A stretch of 63,772 nucleotides of DNA, filler included, from Lama guanicoe (GCA_013239625.1; 164 parts of 164 records of this genome joined end to end with filler, not necessarily neighbours in it), one strand, 5' to 3'; shown: positions 24,406 to 38,039, counted from the whole stretch's first letter. Numbers and translations are program-made. The notes: a model not told the origin generated them from the letters alone.

Positions 24406-25672
24406 NNNNNNNNNNNNNNNNNNNNNNNNNNNNNNNNNNNNNNNNNNNNTTAATTAATTAANNNNNNNNNNNNNNNNNNNNNNNNNNNNNNNNNNNNNNN
24501 NNNNNTCAGAAACTCCCCATCCTGTCATTTCCCTGCCCCGCTGTTCTGCATTAACGACCACCCACAATTACGGAGCGACGCTGGATTAAAGTCGTAAGGA
24601 GCGGAGCTGGTGTGACTGGATCCCGGAGAAGCTGTTCGGTGAGTGGACGGAGCAGCTCAGGGAAGGGCTCTCGGTAGCGGGCTTCTGTGTGGGGAGGTTC
24701 AGTCGGCTGCTGGAGGCGCTGTTTCTGGAACTCACAGTTCTCACGTGGGTACCAGGGGTCTCTTCCAGGATGGCTCTGGATGCGGGGGCCTCCCNNNNNN
24801 NNNNNNNNNNNNNNNNNNNNNNNNNNNNNNNNNNNNNNTTAATTAATTAANNNNNNNNNNNNNNNNNNNNNNNNNNNNNNNNNNNNNNNNNNNNCAGTCA
24901 GAAGGATCGCCTTGTCTGAGGATAGCTGCTCCGCCCAGGGTCCTGCTCCCTTCTGGACCAACCCCACCTGCAGCTGTGGATGGATGTAGGGGGTCCTGAG
25001 GCTCCGCTCTCCTGCCCCAACTTAGGACCATTCTGGAGCGCCCTTCCCGCACCGCTGCAGGTCAGATGCTGATCCTGGGACCCACTGCAGCACATGGGAG
25101 GCAAGACGGCCCAAGCCTCCCAACTGCCACTCCCAGCTCAGTTCCGCCAGAGATGACTAGTTCCTGCAGTCCAGCTGCCTAATNNNNNNNNNNNNNNNNN
25201 NNNNNNNNNNNNNNNNNNNNNNNNNNNTTAATTAATTAANNNNNNNNNNNNNNNNNNNNNNNNNNNNNNNNNNNNNNNNNNNNGGAAGGGAACCAAGGCA
25301 CAATCGTTTGGTGGTGAAAAGACAGGGAACCCGACTACCTTTAGCTGGACCCTCCACCTCTGGCCGGCAGGAGCTGGGAGAGGCAGGCAAGCCAGCAGGG
25401 CTGAAAAGGAGGCTGGCACCGCAACTCAGGAGAAGGGACAGAGAGCTCAAATAGCGTGGGGAGGCAGTGACAGCCCACACCAGCCAAGACGGACCCAGTT
25501 TGATAGGAACAAATGCCACGTTGTGTTTTCAAGTTTTGAAAACACAAGAAGGAGGAGATGGAGGGGGAGGGGNNNNNNNNNNNNNNNNNNNNNNNNNNNN
25601 NNNNNNNNNNNNNNNNTTAATTAATTAANNNNNNNNNNNNNNNNNNNNNNNNNNNNNNNNNNNNNNNNNNNN

Positions 25673-25835
25673 GGCAGCCTATAAAAGCCTGTGTAAACCT
25701 GCAGACGGGATCTAGAGCTTAGAGTGTTAACTTCCCTGCCTCCACTGGCGTAATAAACCTGAGCTTTCCAACTCTCCAAGTGCTGCTTGGTCTCTTGCCA
25801 GGATCGAGGTTGCTGTCACAAGTCAGCTGTAACAC
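25673..25835 (+). mobile_element. ERV LTR 3' half (TATA, polyA signal, terminal ...TAACA)
   Basis: TATAAAA at 25680, AATAAA at ~25752, ends CTGTAACA. Confidence 0.6.
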
Positions 25836-26061
25836 GTTTTTCTGCAACACAATTTTTTAATATGAAATGGTGATCCTACCGCAGCTTCCTCCACATATGC
25901 CTTTCAACTCTGAAGTCAGGGGACATTTAAGGAAAATATGAATGGGAATATATGTTTGGCTNNNNNNNNNNNNNNNNNNNNNNNNNNNNNNNNNNNNNNN
26001 NNNNNTTAATTAATTAANNNNNNNNNNNNNNNNNNNNNNNNNNNNNNNNNNNNNNNNNNNN

Positions 26062-26350
26062 ATTTGAAAAGATACATGTACCCCAATGTTCATAGCAGCA
26101 TTATTTACAAGGGCCAATATACAGAAGCAACCTAAGTACACGCTGACAGATGACTGAATAAAGAAAATGTCATATACATAAATATACATTTTTAAATTTT
26201 ATATATGTAAAATTTATATATATAAAATATATATATATATAAATGGAATACTTCTCAGGCATAAAAAAGAAAAAACTTGCCATTTGGACAACATAGATGG
26301 TAGGTATTATGCTTAGTGAAATAAGTCAGACAGAGAAAGACAAATACTGT
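26062..26350 (+). mobile_element. L1 ORF2 end / 3' UTR start
   Basis: AAAGATACATGTACCCCAATGTTCATAGCAGCATTATTTACAA...AGTGAAATAAGTCAGACAGAGAAAGACAAATACT. Confidence 0.92.
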
Positions 26351-27228
26351 NNNNNNNNNNNNNNNNNNNNNNNNNNNNNNNNNNNNNNNNNNNNTTAATT
26401 AATTAANNNNNNNNNNNNNNNNNNNNNNNNNNNNNNNNNNNNNNNNNNNNTCCACCATCAAGACAATGATGCGGTAAATCACGGTGAGCTGTGGGCTCTG
26501 AGGGGGCCAGTGTTTCATCACGGTCCAGGGCCTTGTCCACAGCACTCTCCCACCTAAGGTGTCCTTTCACAAGAGACCACACCTGCACATCAGGAGACCC
26601 CTCCACTTCATCTGAAAGGACCGGGTGAGTCTGGAGTGGCAGGACGTCTATGATATTCTCCTGAGTGAATAAAGTGAGCTGCAGAAAACTTATAGTATGG
26701 CCTTATTTTTCAACAAAGCATATATACACACACATATACNNNNNNNNNNNNNNNNNNNNNNNNNNNNNNNNNNNNNNNNNNNNTTAATTAATTAANNNNN
26801 NNNNNNNNNNNNNNNNNNNNNNNNNNNNNNNNNNNNNNNTCATACATGTGATAACATGCACGTTATACATGGGGAGGCCAGGTGAGAAGCTGCGGAGGAG
26901 ATTTTTTGGAACTCCTGAAAGAGATACACCTACTTGTGCTACTCAGATGGAAATTCCTACTCCAGCTTATCTGTAAAGATGAGAACAAAGACCATGGTTT
27001 GGGGTTGGCATCCTATCCATTTCAACGTGTGAGCATTGCTCTGCAAGGGCTCCCACAGATAGTTACAGCAATCTTGAGCCAATTCATTTATTTCAGTAAC
27101 ACAGTGTCTTTGAGAATCACATTTGGCANNNNNNNNNNNNNNNNNNNNNNNNNNNNNNNNNNNNNNNNNNNNTTAATTAATTAANNNNNNNNNNNNNNNN
27201 NNNNNNNNNNNNNNNNNNNNNNNNNNNN

Positions 27229-27517
27229 GGATCCTTTATATGTTCTGGTGTTAAACCTCTGCCATATACATGATTTGGAAATATTTTCTTCCATTCTATA
27301 GGTTGTCTTTACTTTCTCGATAATATCCTTTGATTCCTCAAAGTTTTTAAATTTTGATGAAGTCCATTTATTCATTTTTTTCTTATGTTGCTCATGCTTC
27401 TGGTGTCATATTTAAGAATCCACTGCCGAATCTGAGGTCATGAAGACTTACCTCTAAGTTTTCTTCTTAAAGTTTTATAGTTTTAGCACTTACATTTAGA
27501 TCTGGGATCCATTTTGA
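27229..27517 (-). mobile_element. L1 ORF2 fragment
   Basis: AAATATTTTCTTCCATTCTATAGGTTGTCTTT...TTTTAAATTTTGATGAAGTCCA. Confidence 0.88.
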
Positions 27518-28395
27518 NNNNNNNNNNNNNNNNNNNNNNNNNNNNNNNNNNNNNNNNNNNNTTAATTAATTAANNNNNNNNNNNNNNNNNNNNNNNNNNN
27601 NNNNNNNNNNNNNNNNNTTACTGTTCAATCAGTGCTGATTAGTGGCATAATATTTCATGATATGGAACCCAATGAAGAGAAATAGCAAAGGATGGGTGAA
27701 TTTAGAGCAGTTACAAATTATTGCTCTAAATCATTTTCTTTTTTAATATTTGATCCCAGGGAGCTTACGTGTCTGTCGCAATCCTGTCAAAAGAGAAAAT
27801 GGTTGAATGCATGAATCAGGATCTGTTTATATTTATACCTGTTTTATATTTGCTCAACATACTAAAATGTGTCTTTCAACTATTATTTGTGTGTGTGTGT
27901 GTGTGTNNNNNNNNNNNNNNNNNNNNNNNNNNNNNNNNNNNNNNNNNNNNTTAATTAATTAANNNNNNNNNNNNNNNNNNNNNNNNNNNNNNNNNNNNNN
28001 NNNNNNCCATCCACCACCTCCATCAGGCTCCGCAGACACTCCTTGGCCAACGTAATTCTAAAGTCCAAATAAAAATTTTGAAAGGGGTGGGGTTCCGGGT
28101 GTACACTCTTCGGCCATCAGAAGGTTTTCATGAAGTCTTTGGTTGCGCAACCCCCTCTTGCAACCACATTAACTGGCCACAGCCGCCGCCCGCTCCAGCC
28201 TTCAGGCGGGCGGGAAGATGCGATGCCTGGGGCCGGCAGAACTGTGCCTGGACCACGACCGGGCGACGATGGGCCGCTGTCAGGTCCTGCCTGCCNNNNN
28301 NNNNNNNNNNNNNNNNNNNNNNNNNNNNNNNNNNNNNNNTTAATTAATTAANNNNNNNNNNNNNNNNNNNNNNNNNNNNNNNNNNNNNNNNNNNN

Positions 28396-28684
28396 TCATC
28401 ATTCTAAGTAAAGTAAGCCAGAAAGAGAAAGAAAACTACCATATATCACTCATATGTGGAATCTAAAAAAACAAAAAAAGAGGACACTAACAAACTCATC
28501 TACAAAACAGAAACAGACTCGCACACATAGTGAACAATCTTATGGTTACCGGGGAAAAGGAGTGAGAAGGGATAAATTTGGGAGCTTGAGATTTGCAAAT
28601 ATTAGCCACAATATATAAAAATAGATTTTAAAAACAATTTCTTCTGTATAGCACAGGGATCTATATTCAATATCTTATAATAAC
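28396..28684 (+). mobile_element. Camelid-type L1 3' UTR
   Basis: AGTAAGCCAGAAAGAGAAAG...CATCTACAAAACAGAAACAGACTC...TTATGGTTACC...CTGTATAGCACAGGG; homologous to 5447-5600. Confidence 0.88.
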
Positions 28685-28861
28685 NNNNNNNNNNNNNNNN
28701 NNNNNNNNNNNNNNNNNNNNNNNNNNNNTTAATTAATTAANNNNNNNNNNNNNNNNNNNNNNNNNNNNNNNNNNNNNNNNNNNNCCTTAAAACTGTCTCA
28801 GTAGTAACCCACTGTTGCTATTATTATTTTTTTAATGAGTTTTGGTTTTTTTTAATATTAT

Positions 28862-28982
28862 TTTGGGGGGTAGGTAATTAGGTTTATTTATTTGTTTTTT
28901 TTTAAATAGAGGTACAGAAGGTTGACCCAGGACCTCATGAATGTTAAACATGCAATCTACCAGTGAGCTATGCCCTCTCCCC
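28862..28982 (-). mobile_element. Vic-1-type tRNA-derived SINE (camelid), near full length
   Basis: Reverse complement reads GGGGAGAGGGCATAGCTCACTGGTAGATTGCATG...GAGGTCCTGGGTCAACC..GTACCTCTATTTAAAA...TAAACCTAATTACC, with A/B-box-like motifs and the characteristic tail. Confidence 0.8.
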
Positions 28983-29714
28983 GCTGTTAATATAGTGCAG
29001 GATAATTGATGAGATTAGGTATTTAGGAGGGAATGTGTTCCATTATTTTAGGATTAAGCCTCAGTTTTTTTAANNNNNNNNNNNNNNNNNNNNNNNNNNN
29101 NNNNNNNNNNNNNNNNNTTAATTAATTAANNNNNNNNNNNNNNNNNNNNNNNNNNNNNNNNNNNNNNNNNNNNTTGAATGATATTTTAAAGGTAGTTTTT
29201 GAAAAACTGGGGCTAAATGAAGGACTGTAAATCGCTGACTCTCGAGAACTGGTGGTGCTGGTACCACAGGTGGGACGAGTGGAAGTGTCCCTGGCGGTGT
29301 GACAGCCGCTCACCCTGCCTCGGCTCTGGGGTGTTCCACACAAGTAAAGGTAGTTTAAGTTTTAACGTTCCAACAAGCTAAAAATCCATTACTCTCATTA
29401 TTACTTTTTCAACTCAGATATAAAGGCACAGCGCATTGAGAGTTTAACAATCAACATATGTANNNNNNNNNNNNNNNNNNNNNNNNNNNNNNNNNNNNNN
29501 NNNNNNTTAATTAATTAANNNNNNNNNNNNNNNNNNNNNNNNNNNNNNNNNNNNNNNNNNNNTTTGTTCAGAATAGAATCCAAATAAGGTCTACATGCTG
29601 CAATTGGCTGACATGTTTCTTAAGTGTCTTTTAATTTATAGAAAGCTCCCTTTTTCTTGTATGATTTTTAACCTGCATTAATTTCTACGAAGGATCCGAA
29701 GGTATCTTTATTTT

Positions 29715-29851
29715 GAAGCCAGTTGGTTAGAACTTGTGGCTTCGTGAAGTTCAAGGAGAAGGTTGTTGGAACTTCCAGTCTAAAGTCAGAAGCAGAGGTG
29801 ATAACCTGGGCTTGTGACTGACATCTGAAGTGGGTGTCTGGAGCAGCAGTC
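29715..29851. mobile_element. MER21-like LTR fragment
   Basis: AGTCAGAAGCAGAGGTGATAACCTGGGCTTGTGACTGACATCTGAAGTGGG matches a recalled MER21 block. Confidence 0.5.
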
Positions 29852-31511
29852 NNNNNNNNNNNNNNNNNNNNNNNNNNNNNNNNNNNNNNNNNNNNTTAAT
29901 TAATTAANNNNNNNNNNNNNNNNNNNNNNNNNNNNNNNNNNNNNNNNNNNNTGATCATTCAGTCTGGGAGCTACACTAGAAGACCGCGGGCAGCCTGACC
30001 GTCCTTAGTCTTACATAAGCAACACGAATGACAGGAATCCGGGAGGCCCTCTGCCCGGTGTTGCTCAAAGAGCAGAGTTTATCCTGCAGGCGCACTCATG
30101 TGACCACGCACAGTGCTGGCATTTGTACTTCCTAGTGAGGTTTCTTGATATCACAGTGCAGTTCTGAATACCTGAGGTGGGCAGGAGTGCCGTTGAAAGG
30201 AACACTAACGTGTTCACACTGAGAAAACATGGAGTGACTTGNNNNNNNNNNNNNNNNNNNNNNNNNNNNNNNNNNNNNNNNNNNNTTAATTAATTAANNN
30301 NNNNNNNNNNNNNNNNNNNNNNNNNNNNNNNNNNNNNNNNNGATTTGATAAATGGGGTGATATGTGTAGCAACCTTGTTAAATTAATAATCATCAGTAAT
30401 ATTTTTTCCAGAGATTCATTTGGAATTTCTATGTACATTATCCTGTACATACGGTCAACATTTGCTTTATTTATTATTTTCCAAGTTTTGTTTTTCTTTC
30501 TTGCATTATGTACTCCTAGACATCCCCCGATAATACTGAATGGATTCCCATGACTGTGAATATCCTTCTTTCATTTCATATTATCAGGAGGATTTGAAGA
30601 TTTAACACCTCACTTTGAGTGTGATGTTTTNNNNNNNNNNNNNNNNNNNNNNNNNNNNNNNNNNNNNNNNNNNNTTAATTAATTAANNNNNNNNNNNNNN
30701 NNNNNNNNNNNNNNNNNNNNNNNNNNNNNNAGAGATATCACAGTCCTTTACCCCAAATATTTTAGTGTATATGTTTGCCAATCTAAGATCACACATCGTG
30801 TTTAGTTGTCACGTCTCCTGAGCCCTCTTGAACCTGTGGCAGCTCCACAGTCTTTCTCTTTCTGACGGTGCCATTGGGGCGCGTACACCGACTTGTTTTG
30901 TACACACACGTCTCTTCTTCTGGGTTTGTCTGCTGAGCAATCCGTGTCCTGTCCATTGGCTGACTTGTGTCTGAGGGCTGTCGGTCTCATAATTGCTAAT
31001 GAGAATAAACAATTTGGTCANNNNNNNNNNNNNNNNNNNNNNNNNNNNNNNNNNNNNNNNNNNNTTAATTAATTAANNNNNNNNNNNNNNNNNNNNNNNN
31101 NNNNNNNNNNNNNNNNNNNNAAAAAAAAAAGAAAAATCTTCTCTGAACCCTTTCAGAGGCACAAAGTTAGGGTAACCCCAGATAGAATCCCATGAGCTGG
31201 GAAGAAGGGGGCCCAGAGAGTCCAGAACAAAAAAATCCAGGCTCCACATAGCCCTGAAGAGGCCTGTCCAACTGCCAGCAATCAGGACTCAGCTGTATTT
31301 AGGATTGTTTGGTGTCCTGGCAGCCTCTTTCCAAGAGAGCTTGTCCATCACCTTGTCATTTACCTAGGAGGCTGAAATACAGTTTCCACCTTTCCATTGT
31401 AACGGGAAGNNNNNNNNNNNNNNNNNNNNNNNNNNNNNNNNNNNNNNNNNNNNTTAATTAATTAANNNNNNNNNNNNNNNNNNNNNNNNNNNNNNNNNNN
31501 NNNNNNNNNTC

Positions 31512-31700
31512 TCTGTCACCTTGTACTATGGCTCCATTCTCTACATCTACTCTCGCCCAAGTTCCAGCTATTCCCTCGAGAGGGACAAATTGGTGTCCAC
31601 ATTTTACACTGTGCTGTTCCCCATGCTGAACCCCATGATCTACAGTCTGAGGAATAAAGACGTGAAAGAAGCTCTGAAGAAACTCTTCAGGGTAACATAA
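31512..31700 (+). CDS. Olfactory receptor C-terminus (TM6-TM7 to stop), OR9G-like; 5'-truncated by the contig edge
   Basis: [62 protein letters not shown] contains the [16 protein letters not shown] signature. Open frame to TAA at 31698-31700. Not in the supplied ORF track. Confidence 0.93.
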   Translation, partial: SVTLYYGSILYIYSRPSSSYSLERDKLVSTFYTVLFPMLNPMIYSLRNKDVKEALKKLFRVT

Positions 31701-33069
31701 TGTGAAGCCTAAATTATATACATTTCTCAAACCAGTGCTCTGTGGAAATAGACTGCTTCAGGAGAGGCATATGGAGAGGCATTAATAAAACACCTGTTTN
31801 NNNNNNNNNNNNNNNNNNNNNNNNNNNNNNNNNNNNNNNNNNNTTAATTAATTAANNNNNNNNNNNNNNNNNNNNNNNNNNNNNNNNNNNNNNNNNNNNA
31901 AGTTCACACTTCCTGCTCGTGCAAAGACTGGCTCCATTCCAATGTCCGTTTTCTACGGAATAGACTCTGGCCCAGATTAGGTCAGGTACCCGCCCCGGGT
32001 GAGACCACATGAAGCAGGCCTATGAATGTGGCTAGGTGCAAAGGGGGGCTGCCCGGTCTATTAGAAGTTTCCAGAAGCACCCCAGTGGGTGGGCAGGTGC
32101 CCATGACCCTGCAGCAGACACTAACACGGCTCCCTCTCGCCTGATGTTTATCAGGACCCCGTGCAGACCAAGTTTCTGACTCAACCCCGNNNNNNNNNNN
32201 NNNNNNNNNNNNNNNNNNNNNNNNNNNNNNNNNTTAATTAATTAANNNNNNNNNNNNNNNNNNNNNNNNNNNNNNNNNNNNNNNNNNNNGAAACATTTCA
32301 TAGAGAGAAAGCACCAGCAAGGCTGTTGGCTGAGTCCCGCATGAAACAAAAGGAAGGAAAAAAGGCAGGAAAATCATGTAGCTGAGAAGAATAAGAAGAA
32401 ACAGGAGTCAAGGGAGCAACTAAGGCAGGTGGGACAGAAACACCTGGATTCTCTCCTCCGAGTGTTCTTATCATATATTAAAATTAAATATTTTGAACAG
32501 ATGCATTTCATTTGACAATCATCAGGTGACAATTCCAATCATTTTAGGTTCTGTTTCTTCTCTCTTTTCTTCAAAGGATNNNNNNNNNNNNNNNNNNNNN
32601 NNNNNNNNNNNNNNNNNNNNNNNTTAATTAATTAANNNNNNNNNNNNNNNNNNNNNNNNNNNNNNNNNNNNNNNNNNNNTAGGAGACTTGCTATTTTTTT
32701 AATCAGTGGTCTAATTAACAATATATGATCTATTAAGGGGATAGAGTGCTGTTTTATGGGATGCCCAAACAATTAATATTTCCGGAAACTACTAGTGAGC
32801 TGAAGTAGGAGGTTTAACAACCCTGATGCATGTCTATAGAGGTACACTGATGTCCATGTCATGTACACATGAACTGTGTTTGATTATTCTAGCTTATAGA
32901 TATGGAGAAGGAAAGATTCGCTAATTAGTTGCTCCATATGAAATACCAGAATCTATGTTGCTTTTCCCCNNNNNNNNNNNNNNNNNNNNNNNNNNNNNNN
33001 NNNNNNNNNNNNNTTAATTAATTAANNNNNNNNNNNNNNNNNNNNNNNNNNNNNNNNNNNNNNNNNNNN

Positions 33070-33141
33070 TCAAACCCCAGTACCTCCATTAAAAATAAAT
33101 AAATAAATAAACAAACCTTATTGCCTCCCTCCCCCCAAAAA
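33070..33141 (+). mobile_element. Vic-1-type SINE 3' half
   Basis: TCAAACCCCAGTACCTCCATTAAAAATAAATAAATAAATAAAC...CCTCCC; homologous to 28862-28930. Confidence 0.8.
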
Positions 33142-34019
33142 AGGTGAGCACTGTAACATTTTCAAATCTCTCTCTCTCTCTCCCTCTGTCTCTCCCCCTG
33201 ATCTCTGCATCTGTTGTCACATCTCCTTCCCTGACAATGACTCTCCTTCCCCTCTTGTGATTTCATTGATCCCACCCAAACAATCCAGGAAAATCTCTCC
33301 ATGCCAAGGGTTTTTTTTTCAGTTCATTCCCCTTTTTTAGTGCTGAGTGATATTTCATTNNNNNNNNNNNNNNNNNNNNNNNNNNNNNNNNNNNNNNNNN
33401 NNNTTAATTAATTAANNNNNNNNNNNNNNNNNNNNNNNNNNNNNNNNNNNNNNNNNNNNAAGGACACAGATATTGGGATTAATGTCATTGACAAAGTTAG
33501 ATAGTGAAGCTTATTAAATCTTCTGATACAAGGAACACCACTGAAAAATTCCTACAGGAAACAAAGATCAATTTCCGTGTCATCATAAGGGACGGGAGGA
33601 GCCCAGAGATGCTGTACACCGTGTCCCCCCAACTGGTCCGGGCTGTCACCCCTTAGGAGGCTGCCTGCTCGCCCTCCAAACACACAGTGAAGGATGGACT
33701 CACTTCCGGCCCGACAGCAGAAGCTGCCGGACAGGGGCCTGGAAGGAGCNNNNNNNNNNNNNNNNNNNNNNNNNNNNNNNNNNNNNNNNNNNNTTAATTA
33801 ATTAANNNNNNNNNNNNNNNNNNNNNNNNNNNNNNNNNNNNNNNNNNNNGAGTGAGTGAGACTGACCGAGGAATGTGTGCTGGGGACGGCTACAAGTAGA
33901 TCTGGAATACTGGGTTTGGTCTTTGTCCTATATGCAAAAGTGGACCTGATGGAGAGAGGACACTGTCAATGCTGTGGGAAAGATTTAGCGGCAGAATGTG
34001 AGAAAGCCATTATCAGCCA

Positions 34020-34139
34020 TCGTCTCAGTCAGTTTGGGCTGTCATAACAAAATACCATAGACTGAGAGACTTAAACCACAAACATTTATTTCTCATAGTT
34101 CTGGAGGATAGAGAGTCCAAGATCAATGGCCAGAAAATT
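34020..34139 (-). mobile_element. MLT1/MST-type MaLR LTR end
   Basis: GGGCTGTCATAACAAAATACCATAGACTG...ATTTATTTCTCATAGTTCTGGAGG...GTCCAAGATCA. Confidence 0.8.
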
Positions 34140-34239
34140 NNNNNNNNNNNNNNNNNNNNNNNNNNNNNNNNNNNNNNNNNNNNTTAATTAATTAANNNNN
34201 NNNNNNNNNNNNNNNNNNNNNNNNNNNNNNNNNNNNNNN

Positions 34240-34529
34240 TGGGGAATTCTATCAAACATACAAAGAAGAGCTCATACTGATCCTTCTCTAACTCTTTCAA
34301 AATATTGAAGAGGCGGGAACACTCCCAAACTCACTCTATAGAGCCACCATTACCCTGATACCAAAGCCAGACAAAGACACTACTAAAAAGCCAAGCTATA
34401 GGCCAATATCGTAGATGATCATAAATGCAAAAATACTCCACAAAATATTAGCAAACAGAATCCAACAACATGTAAGAAACATCAGATACCATGATCAAGT
34501 TGGATTCATCCCAGGACACAAGGATGGTT
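34240..34529 (+). mobile_element. L1 ORF2, start of RT domain
   Basis: Decayed [19 protein letters not shown]..[18 protein letters not shown] motifs. Confidence 0.95.
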
Positions 34530-35874
34530 NNNNNNNNNNNNNNNNNNNNNNNNNNNNNNNNNNNNNNNNNNNNTTAATTAATTAANNNNNNNNNNNNNNN
34601 NNNNNNNNNNNNNNNNNNNNNNNNNNNNNCTGCTCCCTTGTTGAAATTATTTATTGTTGATATTAGTCTGTGTGGAGACCTTAGGACTCTATGAAGATTG
34701 TTATGTCATCAGTACTGTTGCCAATTTTGCCTCTTTGTTTCCATTTTGCATTTCTTTTTCTTGTTTTCCTTACTTTTTCCTTTCTTATTTTCCTATGGAA
34801 CAGAAGTGCTGAGAGTAGGAACCCTTGTATTGTTCCAGAATTTACCCAGAATGCTTTCAGCATTTCCCTTAAGTATTATAAATTGTTATAAATGGCCTAT
34901 AGCATGTTGAGAGATGTTCNNNNNNNNNNNNNNNNNNNNNNNNNNNNNNNNNNNNNNNNNNNNTTAATTAATTAANNNNNNNNNNNNNNNNNNNNNNNNN
35001 NNNNNNNNNNNNNNNNNNNCATGAGCTGTTTGGATCACTCCTGCGTCCAGTCAGTGCGGTCCTAGACCCACGCGCCTGGTCTGTGGTTTACCAGTTCACG
35101 CTCGTCCCCAAATAAACAAACACATGCAGAAGCCTACTGTAGAGCCGCCTTTTATCACCTTCATTCTTCTCTGCCTGGTAGAAAGCTGATGAAAAGACAT
35201 TTTTTGTCACGTTCCATTCATTTCCAAATGTGCGAGTTTTCAAATATGTTATAAATGAGAAGAGAAGGGAACTGCCGGATTGTTTGTCAGACTGTCATAG
35301 TATTTTATTNNNNNNNNNNNNNNNNNNNNNNNNNNNNNNNNNNNNNNNNNNNNTTAATTAATTAANNNNNNNNNNNNNNNNNNNNNNNNNNNNNNNNNNN
35401 NNNNNNNNNTGAGCATAGTATCTGGTACTTAGTAGGCACCTTAAAAACTACTGAATGGGTTCATGTAAATGACATAGACTACTTGGTGGAAACACATTTT
35501 ATAGAAGACAAGCCCTACCCTCAATTTTTTTTCAGAATCTGACCACATTCTGACCTACCATGTGGGAACATCAGTCATGACTCCTAGATATGGTGCGTTC
35601 CTTGCCAGGCCTTCCCCCAGGAGCCTCACCCTAGGAGGAACACACAGGTCTGCCAACACATGAAGAAAGCAACTGATTTCAACCCACTCAGACTGAAGAN
35701 NNNNNNNNNNNNNNNNNNNNNNNNNNNNNNNNNNNNNNNNNNNTTAATTAATTAANNNNNNNNNNNNNNNNNNNNNNNNNNNNNNNNNNNNNNNNNNNNG
35801 AGAGCATTTCTAGGGGCTTGGCAGCCCTGCCTCAGATGGATACCACTTTATGGCTTGACTTATTTTTACCAGAA

Positions 35875-36080
35875 TCTTTTACAGAACAGAAGTTTTTAAT
35901 CTTAACAGAATCCAACTTACGAGAACTTTTCTTGCATGGTTGTGTTTTTGGTGTTATATGTGAAAAAATGTTGCCAAATTATTTTCTAAGAGTTTTATAG
36001 TTTCACATTTTACCTTTAAGTTTATGATTCATTTTGATTTAGTTTTTCTGAAAGGTATAAAGGTCTGTGTCCAAATTCTT
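35875..36080 (-). mobile_element. Old L1 ORF2 fragment
   Basis: CAGAAGTTTTTAATCTTAA...TTTTATAGTTTCACATTTTACCTTTAAG. Confidence 0.75.
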
Positions 36081-36969
36081 TTTTTTTTTNNNNNNNNNNN
36101 NNNNNNNNNNNNNNNNNNNNNNNNNNNNNNNNNTTAATTAATTAANNNNNNNNNNNNNNNNNNNNNNNNNNNNNNNNNNNNNNNNNNNNTCTAGGAAATG
36201 ATCTCACGTCACCTAGTTCTCCTGGTGATGCTCCAGACCCCAGCAATGAAAAGAAACCATCGCGGGCGTGACTGTCTCTGAAGGCACAAAAATGCCTTCT
36301 GTTTAGAGGATACTGTCCTCTCTCTCTTTTTCTGGGAAAATGCTTCAGTGCTTTGCAGATATGAACTGAGAATCATTTTCTGGACTAAACAAAACCAATA
36401 CCCAGATTTTTTTTTTACTCTATTTAAATATTTTTTCCCCCAAAAAGAATACTCTTTTCTTACAGGCATCAAGGTAGTANNNNNNNNNNNNNNNNNNNNN
36501 NNNNNNNNNNNNNNNNNNNNNNNTTAATTAATTAANNNNNNNNNNNNNNNNNNNNNNNNNNNNNNNNNNNNNNNNNNNNGTTTCTTGGCTTTTTTTTTTT
36601 GTCTTGTAATTTTAGGATTATTTTTCCCCCCAAGTCATCTCCAGACCTGTAATCTCCCAAACTGCTGGTCTACCATCACTCCAGCTCTCCACAGGCGAGC
36701 AGCTGCCAAAAACTCAGAAATATTCTTCACAACATCCTCTGCCTGGATAGGTCTCCAGACCCTGCCCTCCCTACTCTTTACCCTCTGCTTTGGATTCTAA
36801 GGCAGCCTCCTCTCCCTACTCAGGTGTCGCCCAGCATTGCATTTGTGTGTGATTAGCCTCTGCCTCCCCNNNNNNNNNNNNNNNNNNNNNNNNNNNNNNN
36901 NNNNNNNNNNNNNTTAATTAATTAANNNNNNNNNNNNNNNNNNNNNNNNNNNNNNNNNNNNNNNNNNNN

Positions 36970-37259
36970 GAGTGGAGAAAATGGGTGAAACAGGTCAAAG
37001 GGCACAAACTTTCAGTTACAAAATGAGTAAGTCCTGGGGATCTAATGTACAGTATCACAGCTATGGTTAACAGTACTGTACTGTGTACGTGAAAGTCACT
37101 GAGAGTAGAACTTAGATGTTCTCACCACACATACATGAAAATGGTTAACAATGTGAGGTGATGGACATGTTAACCAATTTAATTATGGTTATTATTTCAA
37201 AATATATATATTTATCAAATCACTGTGTTTTAACCTTAAACTTACATAATGTTTTATGT
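36970..37259 (+). mobile_element. L1MA-type 3' UTR
   Basis: GGTCAAAGGGCACAAACTTTCAGTTA...GGGGATCTAATGTACAG...TGAGAGTAGA...TGTTCTCACCAC...TGTGAGGTGATGGA. Confidence 0.85.
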
Positions 37260-37749
37260 NNNNNNNNNNNNNNNNNNNNNNNNNNNNNNNNNNNNNNNNN
37301 NNNTTAATTAATTAANNNNNNNNNNNNNNNNNNNNNNNNNNNNNNNNNNNNNNNNNNNNAAAAAAAAAATACCTTGAATAGTCTTTCCTTATCCTGTTCA
37401 GACTTGAATTTGGCTTCTAAACTTTGCTGTGGCCTGGAGAATAATCATTTGATCACGCTTATATCTGAAACATAATTAATTGTGCAATTTGAGGAATAAA
37501 CAATATGAATTTAGATCAGTAGTTTTAAGATGGTATCTAAAGTTCCTTCTGATATAAAATTAAGCCACTGTATGCAAATATAGTGCATCCTTTGAGGAAA
37601 CATGGCTGGCAGGGATTGAGCAAAATCACTGAGCCAGGCACACTGGTAGNNNNNNNNNNNNNNNNNNNNNNNNNNNNNNNNNNNNNNNNNNNNTTAATTA
37701 ATTAANNNNNNNNNNNNNNNNNNNNNNNNNNNNNNNNNNNNNNNNNNNN

Positions 37750-38039
37750 GGATGTCAGACTAGAAGTGACAGAAGAAAGAGTCAATGATCTTGAAGATGT
37801 AACAATAGAAATTATCCAGTCTGAACAATGGAAAGAAAAAGACTGAAAAAATTAAACGAGAGTCTCAGGGACCTGCGCGATGATACGACAATATCAAACA
37901 TTTATGTCAAACTGAATCCTAGAAGATGTGGAGAAAGAGTACACCTCAGGAAGTAATAATTTAAAAATGATGGCTGAAAACTTTTCCTCCTTTATAGTTT
38001 CAAGAAACTCAGCAAATCTCAAACAGGATAAACTCAAAA
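37750..38039 (+). mobile_element. Old L1 ORF1 fragment
   Basis: CAGAAGAAAGAGTCAATGATCTTGAAGA...GAAATTATCCAGTCTGAAC...CTCAGGGACCTG...ATGGCTGAAAACTT. Confidence 0.8.

Noticed and set aside
27700..27731. 10-bp inverted repeat ATTTAGAGCA/TGCTCTAAAT
   Set aside because: Short, AT-rich and isolated; compatible with chance.
28925..28982. tRNA-like sequence (TAGCTCA..GGTAGA), also at 60244-60261
   Set aside because: It continues into the SINE body and tail and lacks a cloverleaf acceptor stem, so it is a tRNA-derived SINE rather than a tRNA gene.
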